This document shows positions 27,677-40,875 of a stretch of 64,000 nucleotides of DNA, one piece after another. Under the pieces are notes generated by a model that was not told where the DNA came from, ran no database searches, and worked only from the letters and a program-made list of their open reading frames with translations. Made by a program: the position numbers and the translations under genes. Source of the DNA: Felis catus (taxonomy: Eukaryota); the NCBI RefSeq assembly GCF_018350175.1, contig NC_058373.1, positions 116,252,001 to 116,316,000 on the forward strand. Direction: 5' to 3'. Numbering within the stretch: the stretch's first letter is position 1; each line of letters opens with the position of its first letter.

Positions 27677-30600
27677 AAAAAATACACAATTGAAAGCACC
27701 ACATTGGCTCCCAGTGATTTTGTTTTGTTATAGCTGTGTTTCATTTATAGAGATGATAATCCACTTGGCACTTTGGCTAGAAGGATGTGTGGTATAAGGT
27801 GCCCGAGTTAGATATAATAACGTTTCATATGCCATTTGTTGACATTTCCCATTTTGTAAAATCCTTAGTTATAGAAAGTTAACAATTAGACAAGCATATT
27901 GATGAAAATAATTATCCTTAGCAAATCTTACAGAAACCTGAAAATGGTCATCTAAGATATTTATAACATTGGCATATATAGTGATTTCTAAATAAAAAGA
28001 GAAGGCAGTAAAACATTTTAATTTCAGAGTGCTTTTGCTTTTGAGTTTACAATTTGAAGAAGCAAGGGAGTTTATTAGGAGGGTCCTCAATTTGGTTACT
28101 TGCTTTGAATTAGAATGGTGATACTTTTTTAGTTACAAATAATACTCAGTTGATATCTTTTTATCGCTATTTCTCTCAGGTTCACTCAAAGTCCTTTGAA
28201 CAGAGGATTTGTCAATTTGTGCATATGAAATTACAGTGGCCATCACCGTTGCCCATTCGGTTTGTGGTAGCAGCTTTGTGAAAATAAAAGGCTTAATTTT
28301 GACCCATTTTGGATTTTTAGACTTTGGCCAAATCAAACATAAAATGATGCGGTAGATGACTTTTCTCTATAAAACCTAATTTGCCCAAAAACTTGCTAAG
28401 AAAGCCTTAATGGTAAAATCCCATTCTGAATCCACTTGCAGATTATTGAAAATATGTACATATGAACTCACTGGACAGTTCTAAAGGTAAAGTCTGGAGT
28501 GACTTTAGCATCTGTGGGTGAATATTCAGGATGTTGTCTTGAAATTTGGATTTTTTTTCTTATCTGCCTTCTAATAGCGAGTCACTGGCCTGTGGGACCT
28601 GGCTGCGGCCAAATTGAATGTATTGTGATAATTAGCACAAAACAAGCAATCAGTGGACAGTGTATACCTGTTCCATAGCATATAAAGTTAGCCAAAAAAG
28701 ATCCTGAAAATGAGCCACAGTTGAACTTAAAGGTATTGGTGGAGATACTGATTTTTATAATATATTCCACTAGAATATTTTTGTTACATAGTTTAATTTT
28801 CTTCATGATTATAATTAACAGTGGTAAGATAACTTTGGGTAAATGAATTTGGGTCCTGTATACTCAAATATGTTAAAGTGAGTCATGATATTCCCTAAAA
28901 ATATGAAATATTTAGAAAGGATTGTTTCCTTCCAAATTTAGCTTCTTCGGTTGAAAATTTTTTAATGTATGATATTTACATATGAAAATGTGTACACATA
29001 ATGCATTTATATAAAACACTCGTACAAGCATACACATACATTCATACATATGTATGTTTGAGTGCATATAAATGTTTGCCTATGTACACATATATACGTA
29101 ATACTTGGTTTACTTTAAACAGAGGAACAGCCTTTTTGGATTAAAGGAAACTTGCAGTCAGGCATTGTTTAATTCTAAGCCTAGGTAGTTTTCCTTAACT
29201 GTTTTCTACATCTTTACTTTGTGGTATCATACTAGATAACCACAATTATAAACGACAGCCGTAAACCCATAAACCCATTATTTCTCTGTTGAATTTTAAC
29301 TAGCGTGTCAGGGTTACCAGGTAACATTAGACATGGTGGAAAAATTCACTGACGGTGGTATTTTAAGGATTTTCTTAGTGGCTTTTTCAGCAGAAGAAAA
29401 GGTATTTTCATCACAGGTACTCAGCAGGCATAATTGTTAATCATATTTAATTTTAAAGGCTGAATTATAAGTATATGATTTAGAACCTAGTTGGAAAAAT
29501 TTGGATGGTTTTCTTTCTTATTTATAGACTTCACCTCCATGCAAACTTAGTTAAAAAAAAAAAAAAGATTCCAATGATGTGACAGATAAGTTTTAAAGTT
29601 AGCATCTTTGAAAAGGCAGTTAGTGTCTAAGAATTTCTCAAATCCTTCAGTGTAACATACCACTTTTTTTTTTTTTAACCACATCTTAAGGGTTAAATTA
29701 CCTCCTCACCAGTCTTCTGGGGGACTCCTTTCTTTGCAGTTGGTTTCCTACTATATTCTGAATTAAATTGCAGTTACACTAAATAAAATAAGCTGTGTTT
29801 AGTGCCCAGATAAGTCACACGAGGGACTCTGAATTCACGTAGCCTTAAAGTTCTATTTTTTTTTAATCTATCAAGCTTTTTCTATAAAACTTGGCAATCA
29901 CTTCTCAGTTTTATGCTAAACTCAGCTTTCTCTTGTAAATTTAGACTAATAAATCGATGTAATGATGCCTTTATAGTTGATAGTTAAATGCTTAATATGT
30001 GGCACATCTCAGAGGAAACGTTCTAGATAAGGCCTGGTAAAACAGGAAAATTTACGTGTGTTTTTTTTCTGTGTATGAAATTAGTGGTGGTCGTTGGTGG
30101 AGATATGCTTTGAAAAATTATATGTAATAGTACATAAAACTTTCATGTAAAAAATAAGAAATGAGGAAAAGTTTGTATCTATGTTTAAAATGTAAATATG
30201 AAATATATAAAAATCATAGGTGATATTCCTCTGACAGATATGTTTTCTTAATTTCATTAATGCATTCGAGGTTTAAAAAGTGATGACTGAACTTTTCTGA
30301 GGCTTTCTTTTATTTCATTGCTATGCAAGGATTGACAAAGAAGGTATTCTTTGAGATAATCTGCTTTACTACAGAATTTATTAACTTGAAAATGTGGTCA
30401 GCTCTAGAAAAAGACTTAAATCTGCCAGTACCCTACCCTCCCTATTGGCCTTTTTATTAAGCGGCTTATAGCAGCTATGCGTTGTTAAGCAGAAATATGA
30501 TTTGGAGGCTTTAAAATTTTTTACTTTAAAAAGCGGGGCTCAGATGATCTATAATACTTTCATGATTTTTATTAGAGTTAGTCTTGGTGTTTAAAAAGGG

Positions 30601-31319
30601 TTATATGTATTATGCATTTTGTTATATGTCTTATGTTGTATGCCTTAACATTTTGTGCTACATTACAGATACTTTTTCTTACTATACAGAGATCAGAGGG
30701 CTATGGGACCTTGGAGTTTATACGTCAGTGCCCTATGTTATGGCAGATCATTTTCATTCATCTAAACAAAAAGTTATGTTCTTTTTGCAGCAGCCTTGAT
30801 CTTTTATTGATATTTTTGAATACAAAAAAGCTGCATTTTGTTTTTTATTGAGGGGAGTGCGACACAAAATATATACAAATGAAAGCAAAATGTTTATTTT
30901 TATTGAAGCAATAAAGATCCTTTATTATTATCTAAAAGGAAGAAGTGTGAAGTTTGGGGATATTTTCTTCATTTTGATAAATTAGAATGTATTTTTCTCA
31001 TTCTTGTAACAGAAATACAAGTTTAGAAATATTAGAAACTATAATGAAAATTAAGTGATCTGTAATTTTATCACTTAGAGATACTCAATTTTGAAATTTT
31101 ATAATTTTTTCCTCCCTGTCTTTTTTAATGCACACATTTTGTATACTTTCCTGAAACGGAATTGGGATCATGGTGGGTGACTTGGTGCTACTGTATGAGT
31201 TTTGTATCTTGCTTTTTTCACTTAGCATGTATGTTATTTATCCATGTTATTAATTGTTCTTTAACTTGTTTGTAAGTGATGGCATAATATTTTATCTCTG
31301 AAATCTCCATGAAAGGGAG

Positions 31320-31560
31320 TAGGATGTAGTGGACTCCATAGTCAGACTTCATGTCTTCCAGTCCACACTCTACTGCTTATGAGCTGTGTGGCCTTGGGCA
31401 AGTTATTTTCTCCCTGTGCGTCAGTTCCCTAATTTATCAAATTAATAACAGTATCTACTTCATAGGTCTATAGTGAGGATCATATCTATTAAAATGTGCA
31501 AAGCAATTAGAACAGTGCCTGGCAATAATAAGTCAATTACATAAATAATCATTGCTATCA
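31320..31560 (+). mobile_element. MIR
   Basis: agctgtgtggccttgggcaagtta...agaacagtgcctggca. Confidence 0.7.
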
Positions 31561-31659
31561 TCATTGTTAACATTATTATGTAATTATAGTTTATTTAAAC
31601 TAAGTTTAAGTTAAACTAAGTTTAAGTTAAACTTGATTAATGTATGCATTAGCTGAAAT

Positions 31660-32135
31660 ATAGGTTGGGTTCTTCAATGGAGGACACCCTCCTCCCCCAG
31701 CCCCTCACCAATCAGTGACTAAAATAAAAGAGAAGTTTATCTGTCTCTCTAACAGTCTCACAGGAGCTGTCCCTAGCAGGGGGTTGGTTCTGTTATCTTC
31801 CATGTGTGGCTTCCCTGCTGGTCCATAGTGGCTGCTCCACTTGTTGTCAACAAATGTCATTTGTCTGAAAAGCAGGAAGGGGGGGGTGTTGCTAAAAAGT
31901 AAGGACAGTTACTATCTTTCAGATTGCAACTTGAGAAATGTGCCTGTCACTTTCTCCCACTTCCCTTGGGCCCATACATAGTCACATGGCAACTTCTAGC
32001 TGCAAGAGAGGTTAGGAAATGTCTCTAATTAGGTGAACATAGGCCCAGCTGAAATTCAATGAGGGGAAGGTCCTATTAATACAAGGAATTAAGGAAAGGA
32101 TGAATACTGGAGGTCAGTCATCAGTCTTTGCTACA
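31660..32135 (-). mobile_element. MaLR LTR (MLT1J/K-like)
   Basis: gtcacatggcaacttctagctgcaagagaggttaggaaatgt...cagtctttgctaca resembles recalled MLT1 consensus. Confidence 0.6.
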
Positions 32136-32244
32136 TTAAGCACTTCACATCAATAAGATAAAGATCAGTAACTAGAAAAGTTGAAATACTAGTTGAAATA
32201 CAGTCACAGACAAACAGTTCAAGTTTACTCATAATTTTTTAAAA

Positions 32245-32483
32245 TTTATCTATTTTATTTTATTTTATTTTTTAATAATTTTTTTAATGTTTATTTTTGA
32301 GACAGAGGGAGACAGAGTGTTAGTGGGGGAGGGGCAGAGAGAGAGGGAGACACAGAATCTGAAACAGGCTCCAGGCTCTGAGCTGTCAGCACAGAGCCCG
32401 ATGTGGGGCTCGAACCCACAAACTGTGAGATCATGACCTGAGCCAAAGTCAGGCACTCAATAGACTGAGCCACCCAGGCACCT
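32245..32483 (-). mobile_element. Can-SINE
   Basis: tactcataatttttt TSD. Confidence 0.92.
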
Positions 32484-32797
32484 GTACTCATAATTTTTTA
32501 AATTGCAGATTAAAAACAAGGTGAGATCTTTTTCATCTTGTGTAATGTACTATTATTGGAAAAAGTCTGAAGATTGAATGTTTTTAGAGAGCAGTTTAGA
32601 ACTGTAGACCAAAAAGGCCTATAGCTTTTAGTACTCAAAATTTGCGAACTTGAAAAGATATATGTACGTGGATATTCATTATAACATTGTTTATAATTTT
32701 GACAAACTTTAAACAGTCTAAATCTCTTGTTATTAGAGAACCTCTAAAAGAAACGATAGTACATAAACAGTATAATATTTAGAACTTGATGCATCTT

Positions 32798-33012
32798 TAT
32801 TTTTTTCAAAAATGTTTAATGTTTATTTATTTTTGAGAGAGAGAGAGTGTGTAAATGGAGGAGAGGCAGAGAGAAAGGGAGACACAGAATCCGAATCAGG
32901 CTCCAGGCTTTGAGCTATCAACACAGAACCCGATATGGGGCTCGAACCCACAAACTGTGAGATCATGAGCTGAGCTGAATTCAGAGGGTTAACGGACAGG
33001 GCCACCAAGGCA
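32798..33012 (-). mobile_element. Can-SINE inside an old sense L1ME-like fragment (~32520-33250)
   Basis: atgcatctttatt TSD; flanks carry L1 3' motifs (gatattcattataacattgtttataa). Confidence 0.85.
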
Positions 33013-33359
33013 ACGTATGCATCTTTATTATTGACGTGAAAAGTTAAACTAGTTAGTAAGCAAAAGAAGTAAATTTTAGAATGTGTATGAGGAGAGTGAT
33101 CCAATTGTCTTAGGACAAATGTACATAAAAATTGTTCAGAAGAACACAGTGGCTGTCTCTGGGGGAGTAGGGAACTTTTCTTCATTTTATGTACTACTTT
33201 TGAATCTGATGTGTAGTATTTTTTTAAATGAACCACAAAAAGGGAACAACAAATATCACTCTTGATTTATATTTTGTAGAAATTCCACTGGTTACATGCT
33301 GTCTCACGTTCCTCCATCTACTTAGACTCTTAACCTGACTAGTCTTTTTTTTCTTCTTT

Positions 33360-34130
33360 GTTTTAAAATCAACTTTTGGATATATAATTTAGGTATGATA
33401 AATTGCATCCATTTAACATGTACAGTTGGTTGAGTTGTAACAGATGTACACACCTGTGAAATACTACAATCCAGATACAGAACATTTCATCATCTTTAAA
33501 AGATTCTTTGTTGCCCCCATTGCAGCCCATCCTTCCCCCGCCCCTGGCCACAGGCAGCCACTGCATATTCTATGTCATTATGGTTCTCCCTCTTTTAGAA
33601 GTTCATATACATGCAGTTGTAATGTGGCCTTTTGCACTTAGTAATGTTTTTAGTTCATCACGTTGCATGGGTTAGTTTATTCTTGTTTTGTGCTGAATAT
33701 TATTCCATTGTGCAAGTGTGTGTATCTTGTGTATCCATTCATCTGATAGATGTTTGTGTTATTTCCAGGTTTTGGCCATTGTTAGTAAAACTTAACTTTT
33801 CAAAAGTGGTTTTACATTCACACCAGCAGTGTCTGTGAGTTGCGCTCATTCCCATTCTTGTCCCCATTTGCTATTGCTGGCCTTTAAAATTTTAACCCTA
33901 ATGGTTGTATCTCATTGTGGTTTTAAATTTACATTTTCACTTATGACTGTTGATCTTTTTTTCTGTGATGTGTGTCCAAATAATTTGCTCACTTTTAAAA
34001 TTGGGTTGGTTGTATTATTTTTGAGGTGTAAGAGTTTTTGTGATATTTTAGACATAACTAATTTGTCAGATGCAAATCACAAATATTTTCTCCCATTCTG
34101 TGGCTTGCCTTTTTGTTTACCTTGTCATTT
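33360..34130 (-). mobile_element. Old L1 (L1MB-like) 3' fragment
   Basis: cccctggccacaggcagccactg, gtatctcattgtggttttaa, ttctcccattctgtggcttgcc. Confidence 0.8.
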
Positions 34131-34561
34131 GTAATGTCATCAGTATCACTGTCCTGTTGTAGATTTTACCAAGATGAGGTTGTCCCTTTGAAAGAAAATG
34201 TGAGCAGATGATGAAATCATAGCAGAATATGAGCTTGTACATTCACTTTTGGAAGGTTCACCTCATCTGGGGATTAGGCAGTAAGAGTGAAACTTAATGA
34301 ATGAAGGCATGTGGTGTTAAGTCAGAACTAGAGGACATTGGCCACGTCAGTAAAAGAGACCAGTATGTACCCCTATTTTATTGTTGCCGAGCAGTAGAGG
34401 CATTGGTCTCTTCGTACCAGTTCTCAAAACCTCTCTTCTAAACCAACTTTTCTTCTCATACCTGTTCTTTTCTGTACTCTCTTGTTTAAAAAAACAAAAA
34501 CAAAAAACTAGCACAGTGGTGAACATTCCAGGAAGAAGGATTGGTTCTCAGTATTGAAACA

Positions 34562-34769
34562 TTTATTTTTATTTTTTTATTTTTTTAAGTCTATTTTTAA
34601 TATTTATTTAGAGAGAGAGTGAGCAGGGGATGTGCACAGGGAGAGGGAGACAGAGAATCCCGAGCAGGCTCTGTGTTGTCAGTGTGACATGGGGCTTGAT
34701 CTCCCAAACCATGACCTGAGCGAAGATCAAGAGTTGGAAGCTTAACCGGCTGAGCCACCCTAGCACCCC
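34562..34769 (-). mobile_element. Can-SINE
   Basis: tcagtattgaaac TSD. Confidence 0.9.
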
Positions 34770-34844
34770 TCAGTATTGAAACTTTTAATTACAAGTAGCA
34801 TAGTGCCTTGATTACAATTCTAGTACATATTTTTGGTCCAGGAG

Positions 34845-35552
34845 AGGGGTTGGCAAACTATGGCCTGTGGGGGAAATCCATCCAGCTTGATGCTTGTTGA
34901 TATAAATAAAGTAAAATAAATACATATTTATGTTACATGTTTTCTGTGGCTGCTTTCATGCTACAGTGGTAGTCTTTTTTTCAACGTTTTTTTTTGTTTG
35001 TTTGTTTTGTTTTTTTTATTTTTTATTTTTGGGACAGAGAGAGACAGAGCATGAACGGGGGAGGGGCAGAGAGAGAGGGAGACACAGAATCGGAAACAGG
35101 CTCCAGGCTCCGAGCCATCAGCCCAGAGCCTGACATGGGGCTCGAACTCACGGACCGCGAGATCGTGACCTGGCTGAAGTCAGACGCTTAACCAACTGTG
35201 CCACCCAGGCGCCCCAGTGGTAGTCTTTTAAAAAAAAAAAATTTTTTTTGTTTATTTGTTTTTGAGACAGAGAGAGACAGAGAGAGACAGAGCATGAACA
35301 GGGGAGGGGCAGAGAGAGAGGGAGACACAGAATCTGAAACAGGCTCCAGGCTCTGAGCTGTCAGCACAGAGCCCGACGCGGGGCTCGAACCCACGGACCG
35401 TGAGATCATGGCCTGAGCTGAAGTCGGATGCTTAACCAACTGAGCCACCCAGGCGCCCCTACAGTGGTAGTCTTGAATTGTTGTAACTATCTGACCCACA
35501 AAGCCTAAAATACTTATTTTCTGGCCTTGTATAGGAAAAGTTTGCCCACCCT
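34845..35552 (+). mobile_element. MER58A split by two tandem antisense SINEs (34977-35215 and 35228-35459)
   Basis: aggggttggcaaactatggcc start and aaaagtttgcccaccct end; target AGTGGTAGTCTT present three times. Confidence 0.88.
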
Positions 35553-38500
35553 ATACTATACGCAGAAATAAAATGAGTCGTTTCTGTCTGGTGAAAACTC
35601 ACGTTTTCTCGGAGACTCATAGGTACCACTCGTGATAATAAGGGTGGCACCATCCAAGAAACTGGCACTAGTCTTAAAAGTCTTTCTCTACCGCATTCAT
35701 TGAGATAGCATTGTGAACACAGTACTCATCACATCAGAAATAAGCACTTTCTGTAGAGCACTTAACTTACCCATGTGGATGCATGTGGTCCTCCAAGAAC
35801 CTTCTAAAAAAGCACTTTATAAAGCTGCTTCCCTTGTGTCTGGCTTTGCTCTCATAGCCCTTGCCTGCCCTAAGAGTCAATACTTGAGAAGAGAGACCTC
35901 AATTAACAGTGTACCAGGATTAGGCCTAGTGGGAAGAGGGTCCACAGAAGGAAATCAAGAAATTTCCAAGGCCTCTGTTGTTGGTACTGGGAGGATTAGA
36001 AGAATCCTACAGAAGATCTGTCCTAGTAACTACCTCTTGCCAAGGTACATGAGTAAAATGGGTAGCATCAAGAATGCAACAGGAGTTTTTTAGCCGAGTG
36101 AACAATCTTTATACACTTTGTGCTGTGTAGCTAGGACTTAGGAGTTAGAGAATACCATTAATTTCTCATGTCTTTTATCAGGGTCTTGCCCCTGTCTATT
36201 TTGAGTTTATCTGCTGCACCATTCATGGCTTCAGGGAAGTGTTTGAAGGGTCCTTTTCTTTAAATCAGTATCTCGTTTTATTCATCTTCCTGTTATTCAT
36301 CACTTGTTTATTGATTTTTGGTTATTTGAAATTCTCCTACCTAAAAAAAATGGTTTTGTGTAATGAAGTGTAATTTTTATAGGCAATAGCAATCAATTCA
36401 ATGTTCAAAACTGAGAAATACCAGGTACGTTAACTTTTTCCCCCCTTAATCTCTAGATGCTATCTCATGGCCAATATCATTAAGCCTAAAATTCCAGCCG
36501 CCAGTCTTAGTTTGTCAGAAAGTAATTGTTTTCTTTTAAAATCATGACAGAGCCATTCTGTTAGATATAACTAATTATTACCTGGGAGTTGAATATGTTG
36601 AGATGACTTAGTTTTTAATCATAATTCACGTGGGAAGGACACATTTCATTGTTGTTCTTCTCAATTTATATTCATCAGAAAAAGTCAATACTTACAGTAT
36701 TTTTCTTGATACAGGATAATATAAAAATAGGATTATTAATAAGGGCACATTTTACTTTGGACCTAAAGGGTAACTACATCATGGTTTTGATTTTAAATGA
36801 GATATATATAAATTTGATATGTATGCTGAGGATCTTTGTACAGATTTAGGATATTCTTAATCTTTATTTAACCAATAGTAATATATACTTATTTCTGTTT
36901 TGGTTATTTTTGAAGATGCTTTTAGTAGACTATTATACCTTAAAATATTATGAAGTTTTTCACCAAGACCTTAAGCTAAACGGTTTCTAGTATAATTTTT
37001 CCTGAGTTGTTTATCCTCTGAATAAAATTTGTTTCTTTTCAAGGGCTAACTAGTTGCCAGGCCCAAAGGTACAAGAGGAGACCTAGAATCTGTTATTTTG
37101 GTGGAGTTACATTAGGAAAATACCAGGAAGCCTTAATACACTGTCAGCCTTTTCTGACCTGAACATGTTCTTTTCTTTTTTTTTTGACCTGAACGTGTTC
37201 TTAAAATTAGTATGTAGACAAAGCCTCTTAGGGGGGAAATAAATCAAAGTTGAAGTCATTGCACATGTGTTAAAATTATAGCCTCCTTTTTCATAGACAT
37301 GTTTTATGCTTTGCTAAATTTCTAAAATTTATAACTTGTTAGTCATTGCTTTGTAAAGAAGCAGTCAGAGTTCTTGATTTATATAGTAATAAAACTACTC
37401 AATTTTTCTAGCCTTCTTTGTGTACAGAGCTTTCTGAAGGGCGTGCTTTCTTTTTACGTTTCTATTTATTTAATGTGCAGCTATTTACATTTTCTAACAG
37501 ACATCTATACATAAAGGAGAGTATAGTTGTATAATGACTTAAGGTTCTTTGTTCCATTTGATAATTACAAAGAATAATATCTTTAGTTGATTTCAGTTGC
37601 ATATAAATGTCATATTCAGTATTCCCAAAACAGAACTTGTATTATTAAAAATTCCATGGAATGCTTAAATATATTCAGAATATATTCCAATAATTTAAAT
37701 TCTATTGAATATAATATTATTTGTAAAATACACATTATATGACATAAATACTTATGTTTATCCATTCCATTCTTACTGGATTTCACACAAAGCTTCCAAG
37801 CCCTCCTAGCTCTTTGTTACTCTGTGATTTACTCACTTGCATGGGTTTATAATTATTCTGCATTTATGCCATGTGTAATTTTGATCTGATGTTTCTTTTT
37901 TCTATTAATGTAAGCTATTTATAGTAGCACAGCCAATTTTTCATTTGCCATGATAAATGAGGAAAGAGCACAACATAAAAAATTACAATTTAAAAATAAT
38001 TTTGAGATCTCGGTCAAGCCAATATTTTTGTTTAGGTTTTTTTCTTCGCTAACAATTTCTGCAGCCACTGTACCACTTCAAAAAGTATTTCAGCACTACA
38101 CCTAAGAAGAAGCCAGATGGACAGCTTGTATTATTTCATTTTAGTTGATGAATCTGGTTTGTGTTAGAAGTGCTGAGTGAATGATTCATGACTAGAAGAT
38201 GAGGGTGGCACGTGGAGGTGACAAAAAGCAAAGTTTTAGATAATCCACATGCTGAATAATCCTCCCTTGAAAAACAGCAAATGAAATAAACATTGCACAG
38301 AATGCTTTTTTTTCTCATTTGTCATAAGAATATATTTTTCTGAGAAAAAAAATGCTACTGCAGAAAACACCATAATAAAATACATATTCTGTCTGATCCA
38401 TAGAAAGCACTCAAATAATCCTACTTAATAAAGAACTTCTCAGAATCTGATCCTTTTAAAGTATGAAGTGATTGTTGAGATGTTTTGCGAACCCTTAGTT

Positions 38501-39124
38501 ATAGTATTAGTACATCCTGGGGTCTTTTATTGTTACTTTTCAGGCATTTCACTTATATAAAAATGGTCATACCATGTTTACATTGTAGTCATGGAAGAGA
38601 AATCTTTTAGCCCTGCCATCTAGTTGAAATTGCCCTGAAGATTCCTCCTATTTATAAACAATCAAGATGCAGCCCGGACTAAGTCCCAAATGGTTGCAGA
38701 GTTCTATACCTCATTTCATTGTCCTACTGGAAATTTATATTTCTGTAGGAAATTATTTCTGCTCCCTACCCACTACTGAGAGGGCTAACATAGGTTGTCA
38801 AGGTGAGGAATGCATTTCAGACAGTCTCCAGATTTTTAAAATTTCACTATCAGAAATCATTTTATCTTATGGAGTTCATTTTAAGAGTTCTTTAAACCTG
38901 CATTCCTTTGCAACCAATATCATTTCCAAACCTTTTATTGGCTTTGTGGAGATATTTGGCTACAGCTAATGGTGTTCTTAAATTTTTTCAGAGAGTTCTT
39001 GTAGACTCATGCAACCAGTAATGTTCATTAAATACTGTGATTTAATTATTACCAACATTATACTTCATTCATTGAACTTCTTAGATCCATTTGGATACTT
39101 CATTTTTCTTAAAAAACACAACAT

Positions 39125-39240
39125 GATGGGTATTAAGGAGGGGACTCTTGTTGTGATGAGCACTGAGTGTTGTATGTAAGTGATGAATAACTAAATTCTG
39201 TACCTGAAACTAATATTACATTGTATGTTGAGTTAAAAAA
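39125..39240 (+). mobile_element. Short carnivore L1 3' terminus
   Basis: ttgtgatgagcactgagtgttgtatgtaagtgatgaataactaaattc..cctgaaactaatattaca. Confidence 0.7.
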
Positions 39241-39666
39241 ACCCAAAACAAGAAACGAACCCAAAACTCTGTGAAGGTAATCTCAGAAATTTGCTGTCTT
39301 GCAGTTTGAGTGATCTTAAAACTTAAGCGTCTTTCCAAATGGCCACTCACCACTTGCAAAGTGGTCAGGTGACTTTTAAACAACGTTAAATTCATTCATG
39401 TGATTACTTCAATTGAGAATGCCCTGAGAGGAGAAAAGAGGAAACTGGATTGCAAAGCTGACTTAAATCCCTTACTGTTAAAACCTGATTATGTATGTTG
39501 ACATTTTGCCCCACTGTTCAGCATTCCTTTTCAGTTCACATCATGCTGAATTACATGCAGATCATTGTTTTTAGAATATTTTGGAAAAAGGTGACAGTAC
39601 ATTTTCTTAAATTGTAACAAGTTTGAAATTTAGTGTTTTATGATGGAAAATTTTTGAGTATTCTAA

Positions 39667-39795
<129 letters not shown>

Positions 39796-40089
39796 TGAAG
39801 TCCTATTAGGAGAGCGTATGTACTTGCATATATTTGCCATGTTTAAAGCTTTGAAGCCTTGCGATGGAAAAGTACTTTCGAAAATATTTGTTCATATTGG
39901 CTTGAATAATTTTGTCATTGTGTATTTGTCTCCAAAGATGTAAGGTAGAATTTATTGCTCTGGAAAAAAGAAAGCATTATTCTTAAAATGAAAGCTGTTC
40001 TGTATTTTAAATAATTAAGAATTCCCTGTGGATCTTACAGTGGGATAGTGGTTTCCCACAATTTCAAGTTTAACTCTTGATTTCATGCT

Positions 40090-40115
40090 ACACACACACA
40101 CACACACACACACAC
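40090..40115. repeat. (AC)n microsatellite
   Basis: Direct read. Confidence 0.95.
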
Positions 40116-40665
40116 TGCATGATGTATAAAAAAGCTTCTTAAAGCTTATTAGGAAAATAATTATACTACTAACTTCAAACTCATCAGGTCTCTTTGTAAT
40201 TGAAAAATTTTATTTCTTCGTAAGGGTTTTTTGATCGTGTCTTTTTACATGATCATCTTTCCTTGTGTTTTGAAATTTATTTATCACCAATAAGAAAGAG
40301 GAATTTCTTAAAACATGGGTCATATGTTATATTTAGTTTCTTTTCTCTACTTCCCTTAGGAAGAAATTACACTGTAAGATAAGGGAGAAATTAGGAGAAA
40401 AGCAAATAAGAACTAGAAATCTTGATGGCATAATCAGTTCTAATGTAGAATGTATTAGATTTTTTTCTTAAATTCTAATATTATTCATCTATTCAGGTTG
40501 CTGCCTTGAGGTTCATTAGTGACTGATTAGCTCATTTTTTTCACAGGGGTCATTTTATTTGATTCCTATTTTAGGACTTATTTAATAATGGGACACACCT
40601 GTTTAAATATTACACATGTATGTATGGGCAGTTCACTTAGTTTTTTAAAGTTTTTAGGGGCCATT

Positions 40666-40875
40666 AATTTTTTTTTTTTATTAATGCTTATTTATATTTG
40701 AGAGAGAATGTGCGAGTGGGGGAGGGGCAGAGAGAGTTGGAGACAGAATCTGAACCAGGCTCCAGGTTCTGAGCTGTCAGCACAGAGCCCAATGCGGGAC
40801 TCAAACCCACGAACTGTGAGATTATGACCTGAACCAAAGTCGGCTGCTTAACCAACTGAGCCACCCAGGTGCCCC
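40666..40875 (-). mobile_element. Can-SINE
   Basis: Antisense body and head. Confidence 0.9.

Noticed and set aside
28180..28259. Possible 80-nt exon after ttctctcag
   Set aside because: Early stop and weak donor; not distinguishable from a background pseudo-exon
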